Shown piece after piece: positions 1-12,780 of a DNA stretch of 64,000 nt. Each line of letters opens with the position of its first letter. The stretch's first letter is position 1. Where the stretch lies: NCBI GenBank assembly GCA_951406725.2, contig OX597828.1, positions 42,780,001 through 42,844,000 on the forward strand, given 5' to 3'. This DNA comes from Octopus vulgaris (taxonomy: Eukaryota). The translations under genes and the position numbers were made by a program. The notes below the pieces were generated by a model. It was not told where the DNA came from, ran no database searches, and saw only the letters and a list, made by a program, of their open reading frames with translations.

Positions 1-451
1 CTTTCTTCAACCGTGAAGTGTTTCTGAAAAAAGGTAAAGGCATATTTGGTCAGAGGTCACCGAGAGAAGTCGAAACAGACACAGCGTGATATTTTATTTT
101 ATATCCTAACGATTTAAAATAATACGAATCCGCCTACCTAGAGACAAACCCGATATATTCTTCGGCCGCTATTATTAATGTGAAAACATCTCTCCCATAC
201 TTAGAGTTTCTCAAAAAGGCATCGACCGTCGTCACACGGTATAAGCAAAGTCTTATAGAGGGTTATCTTGTTTCTGGTTCAAAGTTTATTCCCTCTGTAA
301 CCTATAGCGATTCGTAAACAGTTAAATCTAATTATTCTCACATTGTCCCCCGACAGAAAGTAATTACATCGTTCTCTTGTTTTGGTTATGAAGAAAATGG
401 CTTTGTGTTTTTGAAATGTTATTTGAAGACACCATACATGCATAAATACAC

Positions 452-531
<80 letters not shown>

Positions 532-558
532 GTTTATCTGCCTAACGATACACACACA

Positions 559-615
<57 letters not shown>

Positions 616-696
616 TATTTCGTTGTATTGTGTATTCGTTTCTTTCTGTATCTGTTATTTATTATTATCGATCTTATAAATGTCTTATTTCGCCCG

Positions 697-850
697 TCGC
701 TACGTTTTGCGTTCAAATTCTGCTGAGGTCGACTTTACCTTTCATCCTTTCGGGAACGATAAAACGAGTACGTGTTATGCACAGGGGTCGATGTAATCGA
801 CTCATCCCCTCTCCCAAAACTGCTTCCCTTGTGCCACAATTTGAAACCAT
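697..850 (+). mobile_element. SINE family B, 5'-truncated copy
   Basis: B-box-like gttcaaattc followed by the conserved body gaggtcgacttt(a/g)cctttcatcctttcggg shared with many other loci in the window. Confidence 0.75.
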
Positions 851-1167
851 TGTTATTGATCTTATATAACATTGAAGCTGTATCATTTAAAATGCTGTTT
901 TCTATACACGAACCGAATAGTTCTTGCGGAACAGTCGTTATATTAACGAGATATATTTTGTTATCACCCGAGGAGACACATCTACACCGTCGGATAACTA
1001 GTTGTCAAGTATCCCACCCGTGAGGGATCGATGCTAGATGGGTCGAAATAATTGTATTGATTAATAAACTTTCTCGTATCTTCCATCTTCCGTCGCTTTA
1101 TTCACATATATATACATATATATATATACATACATATATATATATACATATATATATACATGTATAT

Positions 1168-1297
<130 letters not shown>

Positions 1298-1367
1298 TAG
1301 GGGGGGGGGCAAACACAGACACACACATATATAGACGAATATATGCATACATACAGACACACATATA

Positions 1368-1436
1368 CTATATAAAATCCGTTCTGTCTGTCTGTGTGTG
1401 TGTCTTCTAGGATCTCGGGCATCCTCCATCCGATTG
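1368..1436 (+). mobile_element. 5' fragment of the non-autonomous Helitron-like element at 22557-23131
   Basis: About 65 bp nearly identical to the 5' end of the 22557-23131 (-) copy (tatataaaatccgttctgtctgtctg...tcctccatccgattg). Confidence 0.7.
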
Positions 1437-1446
1437 TGTAAGTATA

Positions 1447-1453
1447 ATTGTTG

Positions 1454-1485
<32 letters not shown>

Positions 1486-1587
1486 GGTGGTGGTGGTGGT
1501 GGTGTTGTTTCTGTTATAGTCACCATCATTCATGCTATTAATAACAATCGCAGTAACAGTAGCAATAATGATGTTGATGATGAAAGC

Positions 1588-1642
<55 letters not shown>

Positions 1643-1654
1643 TTGATGATGAAA

Positions 1655-1731
<77 letters not shown>

Positions 1732-2116
1732 GTTTAGGATAATGATGATGGTGACGACGCATGTGTCGTTGATGGCGGTGATGATGATGATGATGGTGTT
1801 AGTGGTGAAGGTGTTATGGACGACAACGACGATAGATTTGGAGAAAGGTGGCGGCGACGACGATGGCAGTGGTTCATTGGACGGCGATGTGAATGGAAAC
1901 GGTTGCATAGAGCCGAGCCGAGCCGAGCCGAGCCGAGCTGAGCTGAGCAAAGCCGAACTAAACTGAGCAGAGCCGACGATGTCGGCGATGACGTCGATGA
2001 CGGCGATGACGTCGATGCTGGCGACGTCGACGACGTCGGCGGTGATGGCGATGTAGTCGGTAACGATAGAGAAAAAGAAGAAGAAGAAGAAGAAGAAGAA
2101 GAAGAAGAAGAAGAAG
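1447..2116. repeat. Compound trinucleotide/pentanucleotide microsatellite cluster (TTG, GGT, GAT, GAGCC, GAA)
   Basis: Direct reading; explains the poly-M/D/S/I ORFs in the track. Confidence 0.95.
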
Positions 2117-2596
2117 GAGAGGAAGAGGAAGATGGAGTCGTTTAAGCTTAGTTCTGGCGTGTTATGTTGACTGTATCGACCGGATAGGTTTTTGGTTTCT
2201 TTGGAAGCAAGCAAATTAGGACTCTATGTAATTATTTAATTACTAATTCATTGTATTTTTAATAGTAATTTTCTTTGTACACTGACCGCAGTTATAGCTT
2301 AATTGAATGAGGTTCGGTCCGGCGTGGTGGGGCGTTGCGGTGCGGTGAAGGGTACGGGGGGAACAAAAGCAAAACAAAAAAAAAAAAACATAAACGCACC
2401 GACCAACACAACAATAAGACAGCACATCTGTTTCTGCTTGTACGATGCATCCAATGCACCATTTGCTCAGGTACCGATCGCTGCTGTAATTACTGACTTC
2501 TGTTTTCTATAGCAACTCGATAATTATATTCGTCCAATCAAGTGCTGCCTATATGTGCATATGTGTATACATGACTGTGTGTATGCATGTATCTGC

Positions 2597-2631
<35 letters not shown>

Positions 2632-2637
2632 TGTATG

Positions 2638-2689
<52 letters not shown>

Positions 2690-2879
2690 CATATATTCAT
2701 ATATAAATACATACATATATATGTATAAATACATATAATATATATATGAATATATATGTATATACACACACATGTATGTATGTTTATGCAATTTAGTATG
2801 TATGTAAATGCCGCGTGTATCAATATATAAATATAGATAGGTGTGTGTATTATATCGGCCCGTCAGACTGTCTGCCTCC

Positions 2880-2938
<59 letters not shown>

Positions 2939-2949
2939 CACACACACAG

Positions 2950-2995
<46 letters not shown>

Positions 2996-3004
2996 CACCA
3001 TGAT

Positions 3005-3297
3005 CACCGTGACCGACCAGGCTATCAGATGTTGCTACACATCGCTGGTCACAATGCGTTTCGCATTGTTTTAGCCTTCAAATGACGCCACCCCGCTGGC
3101 TAAGCGAGCAGGCCAACAGAAGAAAGAGTGAGAGAAAGTTGTGGCGAAAGAGTACAGCAAGGATCGCCACCACCCCCTGCCGGAGCCTCGTGGAGCTTTA
3201 AGTGTTTTCGCTCAATAAACACTCACAACGCCAGGTCTAGGAATCGAAATCGCGATCCTACGACCGCGAGTCCGCTGCCCTAACCACTGGGCCATTG
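3005..3297 (-). mobile_element. tRNA-derived SINE family C, tail type 1
   Basis: Minus strand begins caatggcccagtggttagggcagcggactcgcggtc (A box/tRNA-like head) as at 52203; its 3' part matches 62440-62545. Confidence 0.85.
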
Positions 3298-3828
3298 TAT
3301 ATATATATGCATGTATATATACATATAGATGTAGGTACGTACATATATGTATGTATGCATATATTTTATTTATTAAATTATTATATGACTGAGCGCCCTC
3401 GCGTCGTTTCGTTTCTTTTCTCCAAGTAAGTTTTTATATATAATTATGACGCGAACTCTTTAACCCTTTACTTGACCTTTCCTTCCTTCATGTCTGTCTT
3501 CCTCTTTACCTGTCTCTCTCTTTCTTATTTTTCATTCTTTCTGGTTTCCCTTCCTCTCTATCTCTCTCTCTCTCACTCCTCCTCATCTCTCTCACTGCTG
3601 AGTGGACTACCAACTTTCTTTTGCTCGCAGCTTTCTACAAGTCAACACCGGCTTTTTCTTGCGCTCCGAATTTTTCCATCGTCTAGGCTTAAAAAAAGCC
3701 CTCAATGCTGGTTTCATTATCCTGTTTTTATTCTTTATGTGTACTGTATTTTTATTTGTATTGCTTTTACGTCCTGTTCTTGTCACTTTTTTTCTTTCCT
3801 TGTTTTACCCCTCTGCAAAAGAATTTTA

Positions 3829-3925
3829 ATTCTTTTGCAGGAAGGATTGCTTCGACGGATCGTGTTCTGTCCTTAACTTCGAAACACGCATTGAGTCGAA
3901 CCAGGGACAGCTGATGAAGGGGAAT
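3829..3925 (+). ncRNA. Putative non-circularly permuted (pseudoknotted) hammerhead ribozyme, family 1
   Basis: Core elements GUU (3864-3866), GAAA (3881-3884), CUGAUGA (3911-3917). Stem III cgtgt/acacg, stem I ctgtcc/ggacag, stem II gaag(3841-3844)/cttc(3877-3880), extra helix ttcgac/gtcgaa. Confidence 0.7.
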
Positions 3926-4045
3926 ATTCCTTGTATTGTTTGTCTTGTACTCTGTTTTTTTCGTTGTTAAAAAAAGTCCGTTTCCTAGTTTGTTTTTATG
4001 TTTTCGTTTCTCGTTGTGTTCTACGTTTATTTGTGGTGTCCTCTA

Positions 4046-4155
<110 letters not shown>

Positions 4156-4284
4156 TGTATATATATACATATAGATGTAGGTACGTACATATATGTATGT
4201 ATGTATGTATGCATATATTTTATTTATTAAATTATTATATGACTGAGCGCCCTCGCGTCGTTTCGTTTCTTTTCTCCAAGTAAG

Positions 4285-4323
<39 letters not shown>

Positions 4324-4869
4324 TATATAAATGCCAGTGTATGTGGTTATGTATGTGCGTTTAGCCCCTAAAGGCTTTGAAGTGGCATGTCTTCGAGAAA
4401 GACGTATTTCATTTTCGAAATCTGCATCACAAAGAGAAAGGCTTCCGTAAATGGTAATAAAAATCATAATTTTCTACGAGAAACAACTTAACTTTTAGAT
4501 CGACATCTCTCCTACTCTTTATCTGTCACCTTGAATCTGCCTCTCTCTTTTATTTACCACATTCTTTCTCTATCTCTCACCTTCTCTCCCTTTCTCTGTC
4601 AGAATCTGTCTCTCTTCCTCTCCCCCTCCCCTCCTCTCCCCCTTTCCCCCCTCTCTCTCTCTTTGTATGTATTAACTCTCATGCTTTGCTTTGACTTAGT
4701 GTAAAACCTCTTCTAATGCTTAATTTCATTTTATGACAGCTATTACGCTCAAAGTCTTCCTTAAACCTTCCTTAAATTACACGCATTTACGTCTGAAAAT
4801 TACTGTAAAATTGTAAACAAAAACAAATTGCAGATTCGGATATCCGTATTTTAAAATACTATTAATATC

Positions 4870-4975
4870 TTATTAAGTCTGGTACCTATTCTATCGATCT
4901 CTTTGCTAAACCATTAGATAACACGCCACCACCGGTTGTCAAACAGTGGTGGGGGACGGACACAGACACAGACAC

Positions 4976-5028
<53 letters not shown>

Positions 5029-5140
5029 CGTTCCCGTCTATCATATCTACACACGCGACACTTGCCCTAGATGCCATGCAGTGGGACTGAACCCGGAACC
5101 ATGTGGCTGGTAAGCAAGCTTTGTACCATACAGCAACGTC
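4870..5140 (-). mobile_element. SINE family A, degenerate copy
   Basis: gcagtgggactgaacccggaaccatgtggctgg head and internal (CA)n, as in the full copies. Confidence 0.7.
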
Positions 5141-5155
5141 TGCTCTTTTAAGTTT

Positions 5156-5230
<75 letters not shown>

Positions 5231-5261
5231 ATCCATCTATCTATCTATCTATCTAGATAGG

Positions 5262-6155
5262 CCAGAGATCCCTGGCCTGGCAGTGCTACCGAGAAGCGCT
5301 ACCCGTTCGGGATAAGCTCTACAGACACGGCTCGAGAAACACGGGGCCGACCTGCCCGAGATGCGGTCAGAGCGACGAAACCGTTCTGCACGCACTCGTT
5401 CAGTGTCCAACAATTTCCGACCTGTGGGCTTATGTCGAACAACTGCTGTCACGTGTGGGACGAGTCGGTTTATCAGCTGAGTCTATCGTCAATATTGTCA
5501 CGCCTCCTTCCTTCAAACGGGAAGGAAGAGCTATTTTCATCATCCTTGTGGCTATGGCGAAAGAATGTATCTGGTGGACGCGTCTGAAAGGATTGGAGAC
5601 AAACACTTTCCTCTCTGGTCAATCTCTCATCAACTTCTTCAAGTACCACTTGAAAAGGAAAGTGAGAGTAGAGAGGCAAGTTTTGTCTAGCGAATGTTTT
5701 AAAAAAGATGGGTGAATGTAGCAAGAATGGCACGTATGAATGACGAAGCCACCTTGAGCATAATCCTATGAACCCAGAAATTGAAAACAGAGATTTGCTT
5801 ATTTGCAAAAAAAAAAAAAAAAAAAAAAAGAAATATAAAATGTGACTCCATTGACCGAGGTTACCGTGGTCTTTTCCGTAGGCTTTTCTTTCCAGGGGTA
5901 AACCTCACCTGTCCTCCCCTTTACACTTCATATTGACATTTCTGTGATAACGATCCCTATTGATCAATTTTTTTTTCCTCTCCCCCCTTTTTTTAACCCC
6001 CCCTTTTTTGTCCTCTTTCTCTCCTTTTACGATCCCTTTTGATCGAAACTCCCCCTTTCCTTTTTTTTTTTTTTTTTTTTAAACCGTCAAAAGAAAAGCT
6101 CTACCTTGTAATTTGTTCTATCTGTGTGCAGCCCTGTGTGGCTAATAAAGAAACA
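5262..6155 (+). mobile_element. Tx1/L1-clade non-LTR retrotransposon, 5'-truncated copy 1
   Basis: Near-identical to 6279-7433; encodes CPRC...H...C zinc motif; 1-nt deletion near the ORF end; ends aataaagaaaca then (TATC)n; preceded by (TATC)n. Confidence 0.9.
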
Positions 6156-6231
<76 letters not shown>

Positions 6232-6244
6232 CATCCATCCATCC

Positions 6245-6278
<34 letters not shown>

Positions 6279-6279
<1 letters not shown>

Positions 6280-7433
6280 GCAGCTCGTCTCCATGACCGA
6301 ACTGCAGTCGTGGATCAAAAAGAGGCCGAGGAAGGGCGAATGGCACCGCGAGTGTCGCGTTGCTCTCAAGCAACTCTGCCGTCCTGGGTCGACCTTAAGT
6401 GACTTCAACACAACCAAAGCATTCTATAGGGGTTTAGTGGAGGGGAGGTACGACGACGAGCTCGGGGCGAACCTGGACGTCGACGAGGAGTACCTGACCC
6501 GCCTGTTCAGGACGACTTTCGGGCCAGGGCCCATGGACAACTTCCAGAGATCCCTGGCCTGGCAGTGCTACCGAGAAGCGCTACCCGTTCGGGATAAGCT
6601 CTACAGACACGGCTCGAGAAACACGGGGCCGACCTGCCCGAGATGCGGTCAGAGCGACGAAACCGTTCTGCACGCACTCGTTCAGTGTCCAACAATTTCC
6701 GACCTGTGGGCTTATGTCGAACAACTGCTGTCACGTGTGGGACGAGTCGGTTTATCAGCTGAGTCTATCGTCAATATTGTCACGCCTCCTTCCTTCAAAC
6801 GGGAAGGAAGAGCTATTTTCATCATCCTTGTGGCTATGGCGAAAGAATGTATCTGGTGGACGCGTCTGAAAGGATTGGAGACAAACACTTTCCTCTCTGG
6901 TCAATCTCTCATCAACTTCTTCAAGTACCACTTGAAAAGGAAAGTGAGAGTAGAGAGGCAGGTTTTGTCTAGCGAATGTTTAAAAAAAAGATGGGTGAAT
7001 GTAGCAAGAATGGCACGTATGAATGACGAAGCCACCTTGAGCATAGTCCTATGAACCCAGAAATCGAAAACAGAGAGTTGCTTATTTGCAAAAAAAAAAA
7101 AAAAAAAGAAATATAAAATGTGACATCATTGACCGAGGTTACCGTGGTCTTTTCCGTAGGCTTTTCTTTGCACGGGTAAACCTCACCTGTCCTCCCCTTT
7201 ACACTTCATATTGACATTTCTGTGATAACGATCCCTATTGATCAATTTTTTTCCTCCCCCTTTTTTTTAAACCCCCTTTTTTTTGTCCTCTTTCTCTCCT
7301 TTTACGATCCCTTTTGATCGAAACTCCCCCTTCCTTTTTTTTTTTTTTTTTCTTTCTTAAACCTTCAAAAGAAAAGCTCTACCTTGTAATTTGTTCTATC
7401 TGTGTGCAGCCCTGTGTGGCTAATAAAGAAACA
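6279..7433 (+). mobile_element. Tx1/L1-clade non-LTR retrotransposon, 5'-truncated copy 2
   Basis: Contains ORF 6293-7054, 3' UTR and aataaagaaaca end; (TATC)n on both sides. Confidence 0.9.
6293..7054 (+). pseudogene. C-terminal fragment of LINE ORF2 (zf-RVT-like CCHC domain)
   Basis: WQCYREALPVRDKL...CPRCGQSDETVLHALVQC...LW matches the cysteine-rich C-terminus of L1/Tx1 ORF2; no RT or endonuclease domain present. Confidence 0.85.
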
Positions 7434-7481
<48 letters not shown>

Positions 7482-7490
7482 CATCCATCC

Positions 7491-7531
<41 letters not shown>

Positions 7532-7870
7532 CCTATCTATCTATCAATCTATCTTTATATCTGACTACTTGTTGATAATATTTAGTTTCATGTGGACGAC
7601 AAGCATTATCATCAGATACATTCTCAGCAAACAATTATTTCAAGTGACGGTCATTTAATACTGTTCGCTGGCGATGTTTACTAGTAAATGTCATGTCATG
7701 GAACATTGGTTATGTATAAGAAATATATTGTGGTATGTTTTCATATTATATATAACGTATCGAATATCTAATTTTATTCGTAAATTATTATAATGTATGC
7801 TAGAGATAACTTGCTATTTTGAGGAAAGCGTTTGGGCAGTGACGTATTTTATACATACCGATTATACACA

Positions 7871-8274
7871 GGCGCCGGCGAGGCTGTGCGGTAGGCACAG
7901 GCGTGGCTGTGTGAAGAAGCTTGGTTCCAAACCATGGTTCTGGGTTGAGTCCTACTGCGTGGCACATTGAGCAAGTGTATTCTGCTATTGCTTCGGACTG
8001 ACCAAAACTTTGTTAGTGGATTTAGTAGATGGAAACTGAAAGAATCCCGTTGCACATATATATATGCAATGCCATGGTTGACCGCTTGCCACTAAACTTT
8101 TTTTATTCTCTCTGTGTTTATTTTGTCGTGTTCCTTTCTGTTGAAGAGCGTAGGCTCGAAACGTAAAAGACTTTCTCACCTTCCCGAGCAAACAGGTGTA
8201 TTAAACTAATACACCTGTTTTGTTGCTTATACACCTGTCTTCGTCCTTTGTATTTTTTTTTGTAAATTTTATCC

Positions 8275-8312
<38 letters not shown>

Positions 8313-8515
8313 TTGTGTGTCTGTTTGTCCCCCCACCTATCGCTTGACAACCAATGTTGGTGAGTTTACGTCTCCGTAACTCAGCAGTTCGGCACAGGGG
8401 GCCGAAAGAATAAATACTAGGTTTACAAAGAATAAGTCCTTCGACTAAAGGCGGTCTTCCAACAAGGCTGCAGTGAAATAAGTGAAACATGTAAAAGATA
8501 AAAAAAAAAAAAAAA
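7871..8515 (+). mobile_element. SINE family A, full length, with a hammerhead-bearing insert in its internal (TA)n
   Basis: tRNA-like head (partly duplicated), CORE-like gcaagtgt segment, internal microsatellite, conserved 3' half; foreign segment at about 8066-8275. Confidence 0.85.
8134..8169 (+). ncRNA. Minimal type I hammerhead-like motif with variant core CUGUUGA
   Basis: cttt-CTGTTGA-a-gagc(gtag)gctc-GAAACGTA-aaag: stems I and II pair, stem III is the palindrome ACGT. Confidence 0.55.
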
Positions 8516-8520
8516 TATAT

Positions 8521-8612
8521 GTGCATATTCTAAAACTGGAACGATACAGAGAAGCTTAGCGTGGCCCCTGTGCTAGGATGACACGCAAATTCGTGAAGCG
8601 CTCCATATTTTT
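8521..8612 (+). pseudogene. U6: U6 snRNA pseudogene, 5'-truncated
   Basis: Matches canonical U6 from about nt 17 to the 3' oligo-T, including the ACAGAGA box and AGC triad; about 9 mismatches in 92 nt by eye; 5' stem-loop absent. Confidence 0.93.
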
Positions 8613-8615
8613 AAA

Positions 8616-8715
8616 GGCGCAGGCGTGGCCGTGAGGTAAGATCTTGGTTCTTAACTATATGGTTCTGGTTTCAGTCCCACAGCATGGCATCTTTAGCAAG
8701 TTTTTTCTACTATAA
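8616..8715 (+). mobile_element. SINE family A head fragment
   Basis: ggcgcaggcgtggccgtgaggtaag...ttcagtccca head beginning 3 nt after the U6 terminator. Confidence 0.8.
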
Positions 8716-9161
8716 TCAGTATTTATCTTTTCCGATAATGATGCATTTAACTCTTCGTACGTTGTTGACATAATTTTGTTTGCCTATTAAATATTTCAGC
8801 CAGAAGTATGAGACCCTGTCTCTTCCGAGTACCTTCTTTACGAGATTATTGCATAATGCCTACACGAGTATCGATATGCTGTTTTCACCATTTTGAACTC
8901 TCGTCTGTGTCGACCATTTCGCTCTTCATTCTTCTACTCTTACCACATCCTAGCAATAACATTCTACCATTTCCCTTGATGTTGGCGTTGCATTGATTTT
9001 TGTTTTTTTTGTGTTTTTACCTCATTCTTGATAAAACCGTTTTCATTTAGAGTCAAAATTTTGTTTTGTTCAAAGAATCGTTGTTGATTTTCACAAAGTC
9101 GGATTCTTTGCGATTTAGCAAAGACCAGTTCTTTCATGAGTTCTTTGATTTAGAGTGCTGC

Positions 9162-9725
<564 letters not shown>

Positions 9726-10572
9726 GTTAAATCTTGTAGCGTTCCTTTCTTCACCCTTTTCTGTTTTTTTTTTCTTCTTTCATTTCACTATTTTCGTTAT
9801 TGATTTTATTAAGGACTAAGAGAATATTTTTTTAATTTTTTTATGTTCTGTTTTATCTTCCTCTAATCTGTTTTTTTTTTTCCAACTTGTTTTGCCTGGG
9901 TTTTTGATATTCCTACACGAGTAGCTCTCAACAAGTACGCAATTTCCTTTGTAACTGCCACGGCCGCTGCATATATTATACCGAGCTACTGATGTTCACT
10001 TCTGTTTTCATTAATTCTTCGATGGACAACTTTGCATATTTTTGAAACTGTCTTTGCTGTTTTATCGTCACTCTATACAAAGGTCTCATATCGATTTTAA
10101 TTATTTAACTATTTCCAATTTCTAAATTATTATCGTGTACATATTTCCCATTTTTAGAATTTTCTATTATCAATTTTCCTTCTAATTATTCTATTAATAA
10201 TTCTGTTTACTGCATGTTTTTCATCTTAATCTTCTTATTTAACGTCTCTGTTTTTTCAGTTTCCCGCATTCTCGGTTTTAGTAAATTTCACACCGACTTC
10301 AATAGTTTCATGAATTGTAAAACAGATATGGGAAGAATACGAAATCAAAACGAAGAGGGACGTGAAGTAAATACCACAAGGTATTTTGTCTGTTGCTCTG
10401 TCAATACTGCCGTCGACTTGCCATATTGTTCGGAGACATTCCTTGTTAAAAAGAATCAATGGGCCCTCGCGAGGCATAGGCCAGTGTTCCAGATCAGTGG
10501 GGGTGTATATATAACAGCTGGACCCCACACTCCGGTCCATTGCAAGGAAATCTGCGTACACACACATATATA

Positions 10573-10608
<36 letters not shown>

Positions 10609-10847
10609 TGTATGTATGTGTATGTATATATATATATATGTATGTATGTATGTGTATGTATATATGTATATGTATGTATGTGTATGTATATATATATGTA
10701 TGCATGTATATATGTATATATATATGTATATGTATGTATATATGTTTATATACACACAAACAAATACATATGTGAGTATGTATAAATATATGAATGTATA
10801 CATTCATACATATATTCTGTATATGCAGAATATTCATACATTCGTTC

Positions 10848-10879
<32 letters not shown>

Positions 10880-10883
<4 letters not shown>

Positions 10884-11084
10884 TAATCCAAACATGAAAA
10901 CACCAAGAGAAAACACAACAACGCGATGACGTGGAACAAATATAGTATTATTGGACGGTCAGGAAGGAAAGGAAGATGCAGGGTTTCACGTTTCGAGCGG
11001 AGCTCTTCGTCAGAAACATAGGAAAAGGAAAGATCCAGAGACGGGAAGACGGAGGGAAAAAAATCGCCAACGGTACACACGCGG

Positions 11085-11087
<3 letters not shown>
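10880..11087 (-). mobile_element. About 210-bp Penelope-pLTR/retrozyme-like element flanked by (TA)n
   Basis: Homologous to about 13945-14145 (+); carries a hammerhead motif at 10983-11017; (TA)n on both sides. Confidence 0.7.
10983..11017 (-). ncRNA. Minimal type I hammerhead motif
   Basis: gttt-CTGACGA-a-gagc(tcc)gctc-GAAACGTG-aaac; triplet is GUG here (likely inactive) and GUC in the 14016 copy. Confidence 0.65.
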
Positions 11088-11151
<64 letters not shown>

Positions 11152-11910
11152 AAAATATATGTCCTGTACCCATATATGCATACATACGTAAATACATACA
11201 TACATACATACATACATACATACATACATACATACATACATACACACACGTGTGTGTGTGGCTCAAGTGAATCAACGTGATTTACTCATAAAAATGTTTT
11301 GCATGATCGAAACAATGCCGACCTACTCGAAGATATAAAATGGATACAGTAACAGCAAGCTTTTCTTTTTTCTTCTTTTTTTAGTTATTAGGCATTCATA
11401 CGTCATCTTTGTGTTATTGTGTACGTGTAAAAATTGTGATCGTATATCGGTGTGTATGTGTGTGTGTATGTGTGTGTGTGTGCGTAGTGGTTTTAAGTGG
11501 GGGTGGGAATCAAAGGAGAGACAGTTGGCAGTAAGTGGAAGCTTTGTCTTAAAGTTTCGCATTCGTTATCAGTCGTTATAGCAGGAGTATAAAACAAAAG
11601 GTTTACCTGTCCAGGTGTCAAAAGCCATCTAACCCCAGTGTTTAGATAATGTCGCTAGCTACCATGGTATGGTGAGTTATCTATCTGTTCGTAACGTCAA
11701 CGCTGTCATCGTCAATCCATACACACACACAAACACATACACACACAAATACATGCTCACTCACAGAGGCAAGCGTGCACACACACGTACAACACCTATC
11801 ATCAATTTTACAGTCGATTCCCCTCTACCTGCCTACCTACCTACCTTCCTACCCACTTGTATGTATACATACACACATACATGTATACGTACACACATAC
11901 ATATACATTT

Positions 11911-11949
<39 letters not shown>

Positions 11950-12082
11950 CATATATGCATATCCATATCTATCTATCTATTCTATTATTTTATTCTTTTA
12001 CTTGTATCAAGCATTTCACTGCAATCATACTGGTTCATCGCCTTGATATTACATATATATATATATATATATATACATACAC

Positions 12083-12113
<31 letters not shown>

Positions 12114-12118
12114 CATAT

Positions 12119-12243
12119 ATCTTGCTTCAGTCATTTGACTGCGGCCATGCTGGACCACCGCCTTTAGTCGAGCAAATCGACCCCAGGCCTTATTCTTTGT
12201 AAGCCCAGTACTTATTCTATCGTTCTCTTTTGCCGAACCGCTA
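12119..12243 (-). mobile_element. SINE family A 3' fragment
   Basis: cagtcatttgactgcggccatgctgg...tttgccgaaccgctaa, as in the 45872-46319 copy. Confidence 0.8.
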
Positions 12244-12269
12244 ATGTTTAAAGCCATTATTGATATAGG

Positions 12270-12780
12270 GAGGACAGTAAGCTGTGAGAAACGGTAGAGC
12301 GTCAGAAAAAAATAGGCTATGGTATTTCTCCTGTTTCTTTACGTTCTGGCTTCAAATTCCGCTGAGGTCAACTTCGCCTTTCATCCCTCTGGGGTCGATT
12401 GATTAAAGCACCAAATTAGTGTTGGGGCCAAAGGTATTAACCAGCCCCTTATCTTAAAATTGATGGCTTTGTACTTAAGTAAAAAGCATGAGGATACTGG
12501 ATTAAGGTGGTAGATTGGTAGAATTGTTCGTGCATAGTGGGGTCGATCTAATCGACTGGCTCTCTCCCCCAAAATTTCGAGCCTTCTGCCTGGTGTAGAA
12601 AAAAATTGTTCGGGCATCGGACAAAATATTGTTTGGTATTTCTTCTAGCTCTAACGATTCTGATTTCAAATTACACAGAGGACAACTTTACCATTTATTC
12701 CTCCGGGGCCGATAAAATACAGTATCAGCCAAATACTGAGGCTGATGGCATCGACTAACTTTCTCCCTTTAAAAATGGTG
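12270..12780 (+). mobile_element. Cluster of degenerate SINE family B copies
   Basis: Repeated ttcaaattccgctgaggtcaactt and ggggtcgatctaatcgact motifs. Confidence 0.65.

Noticed and set aside
6293-7054. 253-aa ORF as a host zinc-finger gene
   Set aside because: Three variably 5'-truncated copies with a common 3' end and microsatellite tail identify it as a LINE ORF2 fragment
8521-8612. Functional U6 gene
   Set aside because: 5' stem-loop missing, several substitutions, and upstream DNA is a SINE tail with no room for a PSE/TATA promoter
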